A stretch of DNA of 64,000 bases from Mobula hypostoma (GCF_963921235.1 NC_086097.1:231510001-231574000), one strand, 5' to 3'; counted from the stretch's first letter, positions 28,024 to 43,308 are shown. The notes: generated by a model from the sequence alone, not told the origin. A program made the numbers and translations.

Positions 28024-29064
28024 AACACACATCAAAGTTGCTGGTGAACGCAGCAGGCCAGGCAGCATCTATAGGAAGAGGTGCAGTCGACGTTTCAGGC
28101 CGAGACCCTTCATCAGGACTAACTGAAGGAAGAGTGAGTAAGGGATTTGAAAGTTGGAGGGAGAGGGGGAGATCCAAAATGATAGGAGAAGACAGGAGGG
28201 GGAGGGATGGAGCCAAGAGCTGGACAGGTGATAGGCAAAAGGGGATACGAGAGGATCATGGGACAGGAGGTCCGGGAAGAAAGACAAGGGGTGGGGGGGG
28301 GGGAGACCCAGAGGATGGGTAAGAGGTATATTCAGAGGGACAGAGGGAGAAAAAGGAGAGTGAGAGAAAGAATGTGTGCATAAAAATAAGTAACAGATGG
28401 GGTACGAGGGGGAGGTGGGGCCTTAGCGGAAGTTAGAGAAGTCGATGTTCATGCCATCAGGTTGGAGGCTACCCAGACGGAATATAAGGTGTTGTTCCTC
28501 CAACCTGAGTGTGGCTTCATCTTTACAGTAGAGGAGGCCGTGGATAGACATGTCAGAATGGGAATGGGATGTGGAATTAAAATGTGTGGCCACTGGGAGA
28601 TCCTGCTTTCTCTGGCGGACAGAGCGTAGATGTTCAGCAAAGCGGTCTCCCAGTCTGCGTCGGGTCTCGCCAATATATAAAAGGCCACATCGGGAGCACC
28701 GGATGCAGTATATCACCCCAGTCGACTCACAGGTGAAGTGTTGCCTCACCTGGAAGGACTCACAGGTGAAGTGTTGCCTCACCTGGAAGACCTTGATCCT
28801 CTCGTATCCCCTTTTGCCTATCACCTGTCCAGCTCTTGGCTCTATCCCTCCCCCTCCTGTCTTCTCCTATCATTTTGGATCTCCCCCTCGGAGCCAACTT
28901 TCAAATCCCTTACTCACTCTTCCTTCAGTTAGTCCTAACGAAGGGTCTCAGCCTGAAACGTCGACTGCACCTCTTCCTACAGATGCTGCCTGGCCTGCTG
29001 CGTTCACCAGCAACTTTGATGTGTGTTGCTTGAATTTCCAGCATCTGCAGAATTCCTGTTGTTT
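28024..29064. mobile_element. Penelope-like element, inverted 5'-truncated insertion
   Basis: Minus arm 28024-28789 holds the GIY-YIG C-terminus (ORF 28423-28824) and 3' region. Plus arm 28794-29064. TSD atgtgaatga at 28012-28021 and 29065-29074. Confidence 0.92.
28085..28120 (-). ncRNA. minimal hammerhead ribozyme motif, intact core
   Basis: Reverse complement reads AGTCCTGATGAAGGGTCTCGGCCTGAAACGTCGACT. Confidence 0.78.
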
Positions 29065-29089
29065 ATGTGAATGATTAAAAACCTTTGTG

Positions 29090-30545
29090 TTATGACTCCG
29101 TTGCAGTGTACAGACATGGGAATTTAAAAGTCGAGTGGCCTGTAGAAAGAAGCTGTTCTGTAGCCTGTTGGTCCTGGCTTTAATGCTGCAGTAGCATTTG
29201 CCAGATGGAAGCAGCTGAAATGGTTTATGTTTGGGGTGACTAGTGACCCCAATGATCTTCCAGGCCTTCTTTCTGCATCTACTCCTACAAATGTCGTCAT
29301 TGGAGGGAAGTTCACATTCACAGATGCACTGGGCTGTCCGTCCCACTCTGTGCAGTTCCCGTACCAGATGGTGATACAGCCAGTCACTGTGCTGTCAATG
29401 GTGTCCCTGTAGATGGTCTTAAGGATTTGGGGGCCCATGCCAAACTTCAGTCGCCTGAAGTAGAAGGGATGCTGTTGTGCTTTTTTTTTTGCCTCAAAGC
29501 CCGTGTGTACATTCTAGGTGAGATCATTGGTGATGTATATACCAAGGAACTTGAAGCTACTTGGCTTCTCAACTGCAGACCCATTGATGTTGATCGGGCC
29601 GAGCCTGTCTCCGTTCCTCCTGTAATCCACAATCAGTTCTTTTGTTTTTTGGACATTGAGGGAGAGGTTGTGATCTTGGCATCACTGTGTCAGGGTGTTA
29701 ACCTCTTCTCTGTAGGTTGTCGCATCACCGCTAGAAACATGGCCAATCAAAGTCGAGTCATCTCCAAAGTTGATCAGATTGGAGCTGTGTGTGGCAGTAC
29801 CGTTGTGGGTGTAAAGGGAGTAGAGAAAGGGACTCAGAACACAACCTTGGGGTCCCCTGTGTTGAGGGTCAGAGGGGCAGAGGTGAGGGAGCCCATCCTT
29901 ACCACCTGTCAGCAATCCGATAGGAAGTCCAGAATCCAGCTGCACAAGGTGGGGTACAGGCTGAGGTCTCTGAGCTTCCTGTCGAGTCTGGAGGAAATTA
30001 TGGTGTTAAATGCTGAACTGTAGTCCAGGAACAGCATTCTAATGTATGCATCCCTCTTCTCCAGGTGAATGAGGACGGTGTGTAGTGCTGTGACTATGGC
30101 ATCATTGGTAGACCAGTTCTATCTGTAGGCGAATTATAGGGGTCCAGTGTAGGTGGTAGCTTGCTCCAGATGTAGTCTTTAACCAGCCTCTCAAAGCATT
30201 TGCTTATAACCAAGGTCAGTACGGCAGGGCACCAATTATTCAGGCATGCTACCTTGGTTTTGTTAGGTCCAATGACAATGATGGACGATTTTAAACAAGG
30301 GCACTACACACTGGTAGAGGGAGAGATTTAAAATGTCCATAATCACATCAGCCAGCTGTTCAGCACACACTTTGAGGATGTGCCCTGGGATGCCGTCCAC
30401 TCCCGCTGCCTTGCGGCTGTTGACATGTTGGAATGTTCTACGTACCTCAGCCTCGGAGTTGACCAAGGTGCAGGTCTCGTCGGCAGCTCTCCTTGAGGGT
30501 TCAGTCCTATCAACCTTGGATCGAGCATGAAAAACATTTAGTTAA
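29090..30545 (-). mobile_element. Rex/Babar-like LINE, degenerate
   Basis: VNSRKAAGVDGIPG and PQGCVLSPFLYSLYTH remnants. Confidence 0.8.
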
Positions 30546-31085
30546 AAAAACAAACAACGTAGATCCTATGATCTTTCTGGGACCATCGTTGGAGGCGATG
30601 TCTCTCTTTCTGTCCCTCTTCATTGTTCTCCCCAGTCAGGAGATTTCTTTGTAATAACCTCAAAAGCACCAACCACCATTTTGAATAAAAATTTTTAATA
30701 AAACTATTAATTCCATTATTTTGAGTATAATTATCATTTTCTGATGAAATAAGGTTATTGAATCTTTAAACCATGTCCCTTGTTCCATGGACTAAATGCC
30801 AAAAAGTATTTCAACTTGAACAGCATTTTTTTTTGAAGTATTTTGCTCTTGTCTTGGGATTCTATTGTTTATGTATTTATGGGAAATGTTCACTCTTTTT
30901 GTGTCATACAATTTGTAACAATTTTCTAATTCAATAATAGTTTGACTAAAATCTAGAATTAAAATTACCAGCCTCATTTTTATTAAGATATATAGTCATC
31001 CAATTTAGAGTTCAGTAAATATATAGTTGAAACAGATGTGCCTTTAAGAGAACATTATAACTGTGAATTCTAATTAATTATTAAG

Positions 31086-31247
31086 CTCTTGGTTCGTGCT
31101 GGTGCAAAGTTGGACATCCAGGATAAGGATGGTGATACGCCGCTTCATGAAGCCCTGCGCCATCATACTTTGTGTCAACTTCGTCAACTACAGGATATGC
31201 AGGATGTGGGGAAAGTAGACAGTGGCTGGGAACCCTCCAAAAACACG
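31086..31247 (+). CDS. mib1: mib1 coding exon (about exon 15), ankyrin repeat
   Basis: ttaag| and |gtaagt, 162 bp. [54 protein letters not shown]. Confidence 0.96.
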
Positions 31248-31559
31248 GTAAGTATAATTTATTGGTGTTAAAGTTCCATGCTAAATATGTATTTTATGTA
31301 TTAATTAAGGAGGATAATGCGTGAAAAGTAGGTTATATGCAGTATAGAGTTACTAGAACAACACTATTAAGGCAACTTGCATGGAGTTTAGAAAGTTGAG
31401 TCATAATCTTATTGAGATCGTCTAATTTATTTAATGGATTAAAATAGGTAGATATAGAGAAGTGATTCATGTGTAGAATCCAGAAGAACAGAGCATCAAG
31501 TTCAAGTTTATTGTCAACTGACTAAATATGCAAAACCAAATGAAACAAATTCCCTCTGG

Positions 31560-34500
31560 ATCATGGTGCACCCACAATACATATATCACACGCAGAACTT
31601 AAAGCAAAATATTACCACAAGTAAGTTAATAAAATATGATTCAAAATGCTTGTAGTGTGCAGCACAGATAAATAGTACGGTATATGTATACAGCTCGCTG
31701 TCATCATGACAAGACCTCAGTGGTGGCAGGGTTTTCGTTAGTCCCACAGACTGGTGTAAGAAGCTGTTACCCAGTCTGGCAGTCCTCCTTCCTGATGGTA
31801 ATGGATCAAAGATATTGTGGGATGGGCCATAAGGATCCTCAACAATGCTTTGGGTCCTTTGTCTACAACGCTCCTGGTAAATGTTACAAATCGGGGAAGA
31901 GGGGGAGACTCCATTGATCCTCTCAATGGTTCTAACTATCCTTTGTTGGATCTTGAGGTACGATGCTTTGCAGCTTCTGTACCACATGATGATGCAACCA
32001 GACAGGACACTGTTGATGGAATGGGGCAGGAGACCTTGCATCCTTGCATACATCAATCTCTGAAAGTTTAGATGCTGCTGTGCCTTCTTGACTAATGAGG
32101 TATTGTGGGTCCAAATTAAATTTTTCTGTGCACACCAAGGACCTTTGTGCTCTTCACTCTCACCATGGCAGAGCCAAAAATGTGCAATGAAGAATGGTCA
32201 AATCTGTGCCTTCCTAAAGTCTGCAATCATCTCTTGTCTTGTTAACGTTGAGACTTGGATTGTTGTTCTCGCACCATTTGGCAAGCGTCCCTACCTCCTC
32301 TCTGTATGCCAACTTAACATGTTGCTGATGAGGCCAACTAAAGTTCAAAGTAAATTTATTATCAAAGTACCGATATGTCACCGTATACAACCCTGACATT
32401 CATTTTCTTGTGGGCATACTCAGTAAACCCGATAACCATAATAGAATCAATGAAAAACTGCACCAACAGGTCTACCAGTGTGCAAAAGATGACAAACTGG
32501 GCAAATACAAAAAGAAAGAAAGGAAATAATAATAAATAAATAAGACCGTGAGACATTGGAGCAGATTTAGGTCATTTGGCCCATTAAGTCTGCTCCACAG
32601 TTTCATCATGGCTGATTCATTTCCCTCTCAACCCCATTGTCCTGCCTTCTCTCCATAACCTTTCATGCCCTGACTAATCAAGAACCTATCAACCTCTGCC
32701 CTAAATACACCCTATAAACCTGCCCTCCACAGCCTCCTGTGGCGACGAATTCCACAGACTCGCCACTCTCTGGCTAAAGAAATTCCTCCTCATCTCCATT
32801 TGTAAATTAACATCCCTTTATTCTGAGGCTGTGCCTTCGGGACCTAGGAGAAAATTCCTGTCCACATCCACTATGTCTAGGCTTTTCAATATTTGATAGG
32901 TTTCAATGAGATAAGACCATACATATAGGAGCAGAATTGGGCCATTTGGCCCTTCAAGTCTGCTCCATCATTTCATCATGGCTGATCCAATTTTCCTCTC
33001 AGCCCCAGTCTCCTGCCTTCCCTCCATATGTCTTCATGCCCTGATCATCAACCTTTGCCTTAAACATACATGAAGACCTGGCCTCCTTAGCTGCCTGCGG
33101 CAAAGAATTCCATAGATTTACCACTCTCTGGTAAAGAGAGTCCTCCTCATATCCATTCTAAAAGGATGCCCCTCTATTCTGAGGCTGCGTCCTCTTGTTT
33201 TAGACTCTCCCACCACAGGAAACTTCATCTCCACATCCAATCTGTCAAGGCCTTTCTATAGATTTCAATGAAGTCACCCCTCATTCTTCTAAATATTAGC
33301 AAGTAAAGGCCCAGAGCCATCAATTGCTCCTCATACAATAAACTTTTCATTCCCAGAATCACTCTCATGAACCTCCTCTGAACCTTCTCCAATGTCAGCA
33401 CATTCTTTCTTAAATAAGGGGCCCAAAACTGCTCACAACAGTCCAAGTGAGGACTTACCAGTACCTTTATAAGGACTCAGAATTACATCTTTGCGTTTAT
33501 ATTCTCATTCCACAAAATGAACACATTTGCCTTCCTCACCACCAACTCACCTTGCAAATTAACCTGCAGGGAATTCTACACGAGCATTCCCAAGACCCTT
33601 TGTACCTTGAATTTTTGACTTTTCTTCCCATTTAGAAATAGTAGGTGCTTTTATTCCTTCTACCAAAGTGCATCACTATACATTTCCTGATACTGAATTC
33701 CAATTGCCACTTAATTTGCCCATTCTCCTAATCTGTCCAAGTCCTTCTGCAGCCTCCCTGCTTCTTCAACATTTCCTGCCCCTCTTCGTATTGTCCACAT
33801 ACCTGGCCACAAGTCATCGATCCCGTCATCCAAATTATTGACACACACCTATCATCTGCCACCTTGTGCTACTTCCTTCCCTCCCCCACCTTCTTCTCCA
33901 ACTCAGACTTCTCCCCTTCCTTTGCAGTCCTGTTGAAGGATCTAGGCCTGAAACATCAACTGTTTACTCTTTTCCATAGATGCTGCCTGGCCTGCTGAGT
34001 TCCTCCAGCATTTGTGTGTGGTAGCATTAGTGTGTGTTATCAAATCCTTTTGGTAAAAAGTAGAATATGGAATCAGATTCAATATCACTGGCATATGTCA
34101 TGCAATATGTGCTGCAGTTCATTGCAATGCATAACCAAAAGTATGAATTACAATAAGAAATGTATAGTCTATATAGTTTCATTGTCCATTCAGAAATCTG
34201 ATGGCGAGGAGGAAGAAGCTGTTCCTGAAACTGAGTTGTATGTCTCTGGACTCCTATACCTCCTTCTAGATGGTAGCAATGAGAAGAGGGCATGTCCTGG
34301 GTGGTGGGGGTCCTTAAAGATGGGTGCTGCTTTTTTGAGGCATCGCCTTCTGAAAATGTCCTCAATGCTAGGGAGGCTGGTGCCCATGATGGAGCTGGCT
34401 GAGTTTTCAACTTTCTGCAGCTTTTTCAGATCTTGTGCAGTGTCCCCTTCATACCAGACAGTGTGGCAACCAATTAGAATGCTCTCTACAGTACATCCAT

Positions 34501-35465
34501 AGAAATTTGCAAGATTCTTTAGTGACAGGCCAAGTTTCCTCAAACTCCTCATGAAATATAGCTGCTGCTGTGCCTTCTTTGAAGATCTATCCAAAGCCCA
34601 GCAGCTGCAAAAATGTTAACACCCAAGAACTTGAAACTCTTCATCTTTTCCACGGCTGATCCCTCGATGAGGACTGGTGTGTATTCCTTTGACATCTGCT
34701 TCCTCAATTTCTTGATCTTACTGATGTTGAGTGCAAGGTTGTTGTTTCAACACCACTCAGCCAGGTGATATATATCACTCCTGTATGCCTCCTCGTCACC
34801 ATCTGAAATTCAGCCAACAATAGCTGTATCACAGGCAAATTTATATATGGTGTTTGAGCTGTGTCCAGCCACACAGTTCAGGGTGTAGAGAGAGTAGAGC
34901 AGTGGGCTAAGCACACATCCTTGATGTGTGCCAGTGTTAATTGGCGGCGAGGAGGAAGTGTTACTTTCAATTTACACTGACTAGATTCTTCCAATGAAGA
35001 AGCAAAGAATCCAGTTGCAGAGTTAGGTACAGAGGCCCAGGTTTTGGAGCTTGTGGATTAGTTCTGAGGACATGATGGTGTTGAACTCTGAGCTGTAATC
35101 AATAAACAACAGCCTGAGACAGTGAGATTGCCTCCGCTGTTGACCGACTGTGGTGATAGGCAAATTGCAGCAGGTCCTGGTCCTTGCTTAGTTAGAAGTT
35201 GTTTCTGGCCAGGACCAACCTCTCAAACTACTTCGTCACAATAAATGCGAGTACAACTGAGCGATGGTCATTGAGGCAGCTCACCCTGCTCTTGGGCACT
35301 GCTATGATTGTTGCCCTTTTGAAGCAGGTGGGAACTTCTGACTGCAGCAATGAGAGATTGAAGATGTCCTTGAACACTCCTACCAGTTGTTTGGCACAGG
35401 TTTTCAGTGCCCTACCAGGGCCTGACACCATGGAAGGGTTCACCTTTATGAAAAATGTTCTGACG
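31560..35465 (-). mobile_element. cluster of minus-strand LINE remnants (Rex/Babar about 31560-32340 and 34070-35465; CR1 about 32555-33850)
   Basis: NPSLNVNKT, KKAQQQLYFMRSLRK and CEQFWAPYLRK remnants. An old plus-strand Penelope end lies at about 33850-34020. Confidence 0.75.
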
Positions 35466-37429
35466 TGAAATATATTGGGTCAATTGGAGTACTTTTGATA
35501 CCAGTCGAATTTTTTCAAAATTTAATTTACCTTTTTAAAATTCAGTCTATAAATGCCTGGGAAGAATGTTACACCTTGTTTTCTCATTTCATTTCAAAAT
35601 ATGAATTCTTGGATTTGATCTACATAGGAGCAAAAATAAAGTAGCATAAAAGTTTTGGATTTTTTTTTTGTGAGAAGTAATGCACAATTAAGCATGCAAG
35701 TACTGGGAAAGCAATATTTTTTGTGAATTATCAAAGACTTTGAACTTGAGTGCTTTAAAATCCTGTGCAGATAACACAAAAGGGAAGCATCCACATAATT
35801 ACCTATTCTTTATTTTCCTTGAATCATTACTCCTGTCATTTTTTTTGTGAAATCAATTTGATAAAATAAGGGTTTTGTAGTCTAAAATGGGGAGACATGA
35901 CTTTTCCTTGCATCTATGATTAAAGGTTAGAGTATTTTAATTCAAGTTGTTCTAGTTATAAAATTATTTTTTCTGTCTAGAAAACATCAAGGTGTCCTTA
36001 TTGCATGCTCCTTTGGAGGGCATCTTTCAGAAGAGTATGCCAAAAGAATATTTAAAGATACTACCGTTGATTTAAATGTACCAAATTCTGAGATGTTGTT
36101 TGCATGGATAATTTGATTCCAAATCTAGTTCTTTTAAATGAAACAGCAAATTATTGTTTAGAGTTTGAACAAGTTTAGCAGCTGCAGTCAAATCAGTACT
36201 CAAATCAAAGGTACAATGCAAACATTTTTAAAAATCTGTTTTTAACATTGTTAATTATTATGTGCATTGTTATTATAAATTTGGATCAAATTAATGTTAT
36301 GTAAGTGCATAGGCTTCCTACAGGGACTCCAGTATCCTGCCATGTCCCAAAAATATGCAAGTTGGTAGCTGGTCACTCTAATTTGTCCTTAGTTTTTTAA
36401 GTGAATAATAGAGCTTTAGGGGTTCTGATGGGAATATAGATGAACATAATGGGCTAGGAGAGTCTTAGAATGAAAACCATGCCTGAGTTTTTTTTTTAAT
36501 GGAAAGTCTGTGAGCTAATGGACTTGTTTCCATCCCCTGTACCTTTTGTGTGAAACCTCAGTTTGTGTTGGTGATTGCATATTGATTGATCTAGTCAGTC
36601 TGACTAGGGAAGAGGGGTCAGGTCAGTTTCTGAGAAAAGACAGCTTATGCATCTTTAAGCTGGCATGCGTCCAAAAGAAAGATTTGTAGTCTCTTGAGTT
36701 AAAACTTAAGTTGTAAAAAAAAAATTACGAGTTTCAATATGCTTGTTGTTTTAGAAGCTACATCACAAGCAGAATCATTCTTTAAATTCAGTTGCCAAAG
36801 AAAAGCATGGAATATTGACTGAACTGAAGGCTGATGATACTCCTGAAAAGCTTTTTTCATTTAGTTGCTTTTGATTGCTTACATTAAAGCCCTTATTTAA
36901 TGTCACTTTCAGAGAAACAATATCTCAGTATTTTATTTTGCGCATACAGCAATTGAAAATGAGATAGCTGCAAAACATGAAAATTGTAGTTACTTCATCT
37001 AGATAAACTAGATCTGCAGTTATCTTGATAATAGGTTTACATAATCGTTCAACAACAACTTTTTAGTTTACAGATTGACAAATACGTTTTAAGGCATTTC
37101 ACAAAAATGTAATCAAACAAGAATTAATAACATGTTTATAAAACGAGATAACAGATGCGAGGAAGGTAGTGAATTAGAAAGTTTTATGGAGTTACTGGGC
37201 CTATACAAATGACAAAGCCTGGAATAATTTTGTTGTGGATTACTGTGAGGGGGACAGGCGAGACCATGAATAGATATAAAATTATTTTAAATTTGAAAAT
37301 GATGTAGGTAAGTGGCTACAAGGATGATATATGAGTGGAATATAGTGCAGATAGATATAATGATGGCTGAGACTGCATATATTTTAAATTGCCTAATTAT
37401 TGAGCAAAGAACTTCTATTTTCAATAATT

Positions 37430-38530
37430 AATCTGTCTCCATCTCTGGAGACAAGCTGTCTACAGACATTTTTTTATTTTATAAACCTAATGATTCCCAC
37501 GGCTATCTTGACTACTTCTTACCGCCCTGTCTCCTTTAAAAATGCTATTTCCTTTTCTCCGTTCCTTTTGTCTCCACTGCATCTGTTCCCAGGATGAGGC
37601 TTTTCTCACCAACAACCCCATGAGCCTCCACATCCAACATATTCTCCACGACTTCTGCCACCTTCAGCGGGATCCTACTAAACACATTTTTACTACTGCC
37701 TACCCACCCACCCACTCTGTTTTCCACAGGGATTGCTCCCTCCGTGGTTCCTTTGTCTACTTGCCTTTCCCCACTAATCTCACTCCTGGCACATATCCCC
37801 ACAAGTGACAGAAATGCTCCATCTGTTCATTCACCTTCCTCATCACCTCCATTCAGGGCCCAAAACAGTCCTCCTTTGTGAATCTTCACCTGTGAATCTG
37901 TTGGAGTTGTCTATTGTATCTGATGCTCCCGATGTAGCCTCCTACATGGTGAAACCTGTGCAAATTGGGGGACTGCTTTATCGAGCACCTTCGCTCCATC
38001 TACCAAAATCGGAATTTCTCAGTGGCTAACCATTTTAATTCCTATCCTCATTCCCGTTCCAACATGTTGGCACATGGCCTCCTCTTCTGCCATAAGGCCA
38101 CTCTCATATTGGAGGATCAACATCTCGTATTCCATCTAGGAAGCCTCCAACTTGATGGCATGAACATTAATTTCTCCTTCTGTTTTTTCTCTTCTGTTTT
38201 CTTTTCCCTTCCCCTTCCCTCTTCTATATTCCTCACTCTGGCCTCTTACTTCTTCTCCTCACCTGCCTATCACCTCTTTCTTCCCGTCGTCCCATGGTCC
38301 ACTCTCCTCTCCTATTAGATTCCTTCTTCTTCAGCCCTTTACCTTTCTCACCCACCTGGCTTCACATATCACCTTCTAGCTTGCCTCCTTCCCCTTCGCC
38401 CACTTTTTATTTTGGTGTCATACCCCTTACTTTCCAGTCCTGATGAAGTGTCTCGGCCTGAAATGTCAACAGTTTAATCATTTTCATAGATGCTGCCTGA
38501 CCTGTTGAGTTCTGCCAGCATTTTTGCATG
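37430..38530 (+). mobile_element. old degenerate Penelope-like 3' fragment
   Basis: ICSQDEAF and GDCFIEHLRSI..VANHFN remnants. Decayed hammerhead at 38435-38472. Confidence 0.8.
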
Positions 38531-38933
38531 TTGTTCTGTTTTCGATAATTAGCTTTTTTTGACATTAGACATCGCAAGCTGCCAAACTTCATAAATTTTT
38601 CTTTAAATCAATTTTCCTGCATACCATTGTCTCTGGTGTTGATGCCATAAGCAGTCTCAACCAAATGATTGATCAGTGTGAGAGAACCAAGCTTCTGACT
38701 GAACTGAAAGAAGGGGTTAAAAAGGGGAGTTTCAGAGAAAAGGAAATTGGCAAAAATATGTATGTGGTGAAGTTATCTCCATTTTGGAGATGAAAAATTG
38801 AAAACTTGTTGGAAAGCCATTAGTGGGTGCTGTAGATTTCCTAATAATTTTTATTAAAACTGAGTAAAGAGACTCCTTTTGAAATTGTGCCAATGAAATG
38901 AAATTAGTCTGAAAACACTCTATATAACTGTAA

Positions 38934-39359
<426 letters not shown>

Positions 39360-40404
39360 TAATTATTTGGCATTGTCCTTCTTGTAAGCTTATAACTTGT
39401 TCAGACGCACAGCAAATCTTCGAAAATAACTGAAGGAGATTTAATAATAAAGATCAATAAATAGTACAAATTGGTATCCCTCTACAGTAATAACATTTTA
39501 CACAAATGATTTTTTTGTAGAAGTTTCCAAATATCGTATGTAAAGCATTGAAAGGCATCTCCACAGAGCAAAAATATATGTTATATTTGACTACAGAAAT
39601 TCAGATTACTGCAGAAAAATTGTTGTAAATCACAGCTTTGTCCCAATGTTGCTCAGGCCTTGAGGGGGTGGGGACGAGTGAAGAATACTCCTTTTTACAA
39701 ATTGCTGTGTTTTTCTTGGAAATATTTGAAGTAATGCAAGGGTGGCAAATTGGACCAGGTCTCTCCCTCCTGTTCCTTAAACCCTGAAACATCTCACAAC
39801 CTTCAGCCTGGTATCAATGCCCGTTGGGATACTAACCTTGGCCGGATGTGGAAGACTCCTCTTCTACGTCCTGGAGTCTAGCAGCGAATAGCTGTGTGTC
39901 CCTGAGCATCAGAAGGCACAGTGCAGAGACCCTGTTCTGACAATACTGAGAAGGCAAAGCTGGTAACAGACCTCTTTGCCTTTTGTCAAAACCAAGTGAT
40001 TTTAATAGTCACAGGGCACGGGGGCAAAGAACCAGGCCCGTTGGCCCATCTAGTCCACGCCAAATTATTGTTCTGCCTAGTCCTATTGACATTCCCTCCC
40101 CCCCCCCACCGCCCCCATTCATATACTTAACTGAACTTCTCTTGACTATTGAAATTGAACCTGAATTCCACTTATGCTGGCAGCTCACCACCCTCTGAGT
40201 GAAGAAGTTCCCCCCATGTTTCCCTTAAATACTTCACCTTTCACCCTTAACTTATAACCTCTAGTTCTAGTCTCACGTGACCTTAGTGGAAAATGTCTGT
40301 TTGCCTCATTTTCCTACGCTTCAGGGAATAAAGTCCTAACCTGTTGAACCTTTCCCTATAATCAGGTTCTCGTTTCCTGGCAACATCCTTGTAAATTTTC
40401 TGAT

Positions 40405-41772
40405 CAACAGAAAAAGATTTTCACGTCAAAATGAAAACAGATCTCTACAAAGTGATCTAAATTAATTACAGATATAAAACAGAATCAATTGTGGAATTGA
40501 GTTTAAGAGCCAAGAGATAATGTCGCAGCTATATAGGACCCTGGCCAGACCCCACTTGGAGTACTGTGCTCAGTTCTGGTCGCATCACTATAGGAAATAT
40601 TTGGAAACCATAGTAAAGGTGCAGAGGAGATTTACAAGGATGTTGGCTGGATTGGAGAACATGCCTTATGAGAGTAGGTTAAGTGAACTCGGCCTATTTT
40701 CCTTGGAGTGACGGAGGATGAGAGGTGACCTGATAGAGATGTATAAGATGATGAGAGGCATTGATCGTGTGGATAGTCAGAGGCTTTTTCCCAGGGCTGA
40801 AATGGCTAGCATGAGAGGGCACAGTTTTAAGGTGCTTTGAAGTAGATACAGAGGAGATGTCAGCGGTAAGTTCTTTACGCAGAGAGTGGCGAGTGCGTGG
40901 AATGGGCTGCCGACAACGGTGGTGGAGGCAGATACGATAGGGTCTTTTAAGAGACTCCTGGACAGGTATATGGAGCTCAGAAAAATAGAGGACTGTGGGT
41001 AACCCTAGGTAATTTCTCATGTAAGGACATGTTCGGCACAGCTTTGTGGGCTGAAGCGCCTGTATTGTGCTGTAGGTTTTCTATGTTTCTGTGTTAGAAA
41101 ATAATTGATTACGTAAGTATCCGCCCCCTTTAATATTGCACACCAAGTCATTACTGGTGCAGTCAATTGGTTTTAGAAGTCACATAATTAATTCAATGGA
41201 GATCATCTGTGTGCAGTCAAGGTGTTTCAATAGCTTGAAGAAAAAATATCTGTACCTGGAAGGTCCAACTGCTGATGAGTCAATATCCTGGTTAAAAACT
41301 ACACCATGAAGACAAAAGAACACTCCAAGCAACTCCGCGAAAAGTTTATTAGAAAGCACAAGTTTGGAGATAGATAAGAGAACATTTTCAAGTCACGGAA
41401 TATCCTTTGGAGTACAGTTAAGTTAATCATCAAGAAATAGAAAGAATATGGCACTGCTGTAAATCTGCAGAGAGCAGGCAGTCCTCAAAAAGTGAGTGAC
41501 CATACAAGAAGGGGAATAGTGAGGGAACCCACCAAGAGATCTATGACAACTCTGAAAGAGTTATGTTTGGCATAAGCCAAACTCTGCACATCATCAAAAA
41601 CGCACCATTCCTATCATGAAGCATGGTGGTAGCTGCATCATACTTTCGGGATGCTTCACTGCAGTACCCCTGGAAGGCTTGCGATGGTAGAGGGTAAAGT
41701 ACAGGGAAATCCTGGATGAAAACCTGATGCAGTCTGCAAGAGAACTGTCGCCTGCGACAAGGTTTGTTTTCA
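40405..41772 (+). mobile_element. Tc1-like transposon remnant interrupted by a CR1 3' fragment (about 40490-41095)
   Basis: ATG at 41306 starts MKTKEHSKQLREK, followed by a decayed HTH, KHGGSCIIL and YREILDENL. Confidence 0.8.
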
Positions 41773-43023
41773 CCCTGAACCGATCCCTGCAGCACAACAC
41801 CAGTCACAGGTCTCCAATGTGAGAGGTGACTATCACTACCACTCTCGGTTCTCCCATGAAGCCAATGTCGAATCTAATTTCTGAGTGTAAAGCAACTGAA
41901 CTTTTTTGACTAGCCTCCCATATGGGACCTTGTTGAAGTGCATGTAGACACACACACTGCCTTTTGTTCACTGCTTGGTAACCTCCTTGGAAAAACTCTG
42001 CCACACACAAAGCCAATAATTTGCAAGTATCTCTTAACGTTAAGAGATATTTAACTATTAAAATGTAAGGAAATTTAATTAACTTGGATTTTTAATAACA
42101 ATATTTTGAGATGATTATATTGCTTTATTTGTTTTATTTGACTCCCTGATGCATAAATCTGCGACCACTAAACTCCAAGGAGATTTTGGATCCTACGTCT
42201 TGTCTGGTCTGGTGGAGAGTTCAGGTCAACACAATCTGACCCAATATGGAAATGTGCTTCCCCTGCTTCACAAGTAACTGAGAGAACAAAATTGCATTTC
42301 CAAACCAATGTAGTTTTAACCTATTTCACCAAGAATTGTTGAGACATTGCAAATAATCTCAGGAATAACCTTTAATCCACCAGTCCACTGTAGCAGAGTC
42401 CATAGTAGCTTTGACAAGGCTTTGTATTGGGGATTTCTGTCAAGATTGAGCTCTTCTGTCATAGGATCCAGCAACAGCTGACCTGGTGGATTTGGCTTCC
42501 TGAATTGGTCGAGGCTTCTAAATTTCACATGAGATATGCAAAACCCTTCTGGCCACACTAAGCATGGATTCAGCCAAACAGAACAGGGTGCAGATAATAT
42601 TTCGAATACTTGAAATTACTGGTGTCGGTAGCAATTTTGAATGACTAAACCACAATGGAAGTACAGCTGTAGAGAGCAAGGAATGGAAACACTGATTTTT
42701 TTAAAAAAAATTAAGTATGTACCTGATACTTCCTAGAGGTCTCTTAATTTTAAGCTGAGCTGTCTCATCACCACATGTCCCAGATCTGTGCAGATGCAGT
42801 TAATCTTGGCGGATACCAGAAGTGCTACTTTTAATTAGTAGCCAGAATTTGCACTGTGCAGTTCTATCTTATTTAGAAAAGTATCTGAGAGTTAATGTAA
42901 CCTTAGAATCCTACCTCCTGAGAGGCAACTACCTTGTTTGTGGTATTGGAAGAAAGTTTTACAGATTGTTTAAACACACCCATCCTTTAATTTTGTATTT
43001 GATTTGACTTAAATTGTAGTTGA

Positions 43024-43308
<285 letters not shown>

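Noticed and set aside
29427..30023. 198-aa plus-strand ORF and similar ORFs (2755-3483, 28550-29074, 57930-58340)
   Set aside because: Antisense shadows of LINE, Penelope or hAT coding remnants, not host genes.
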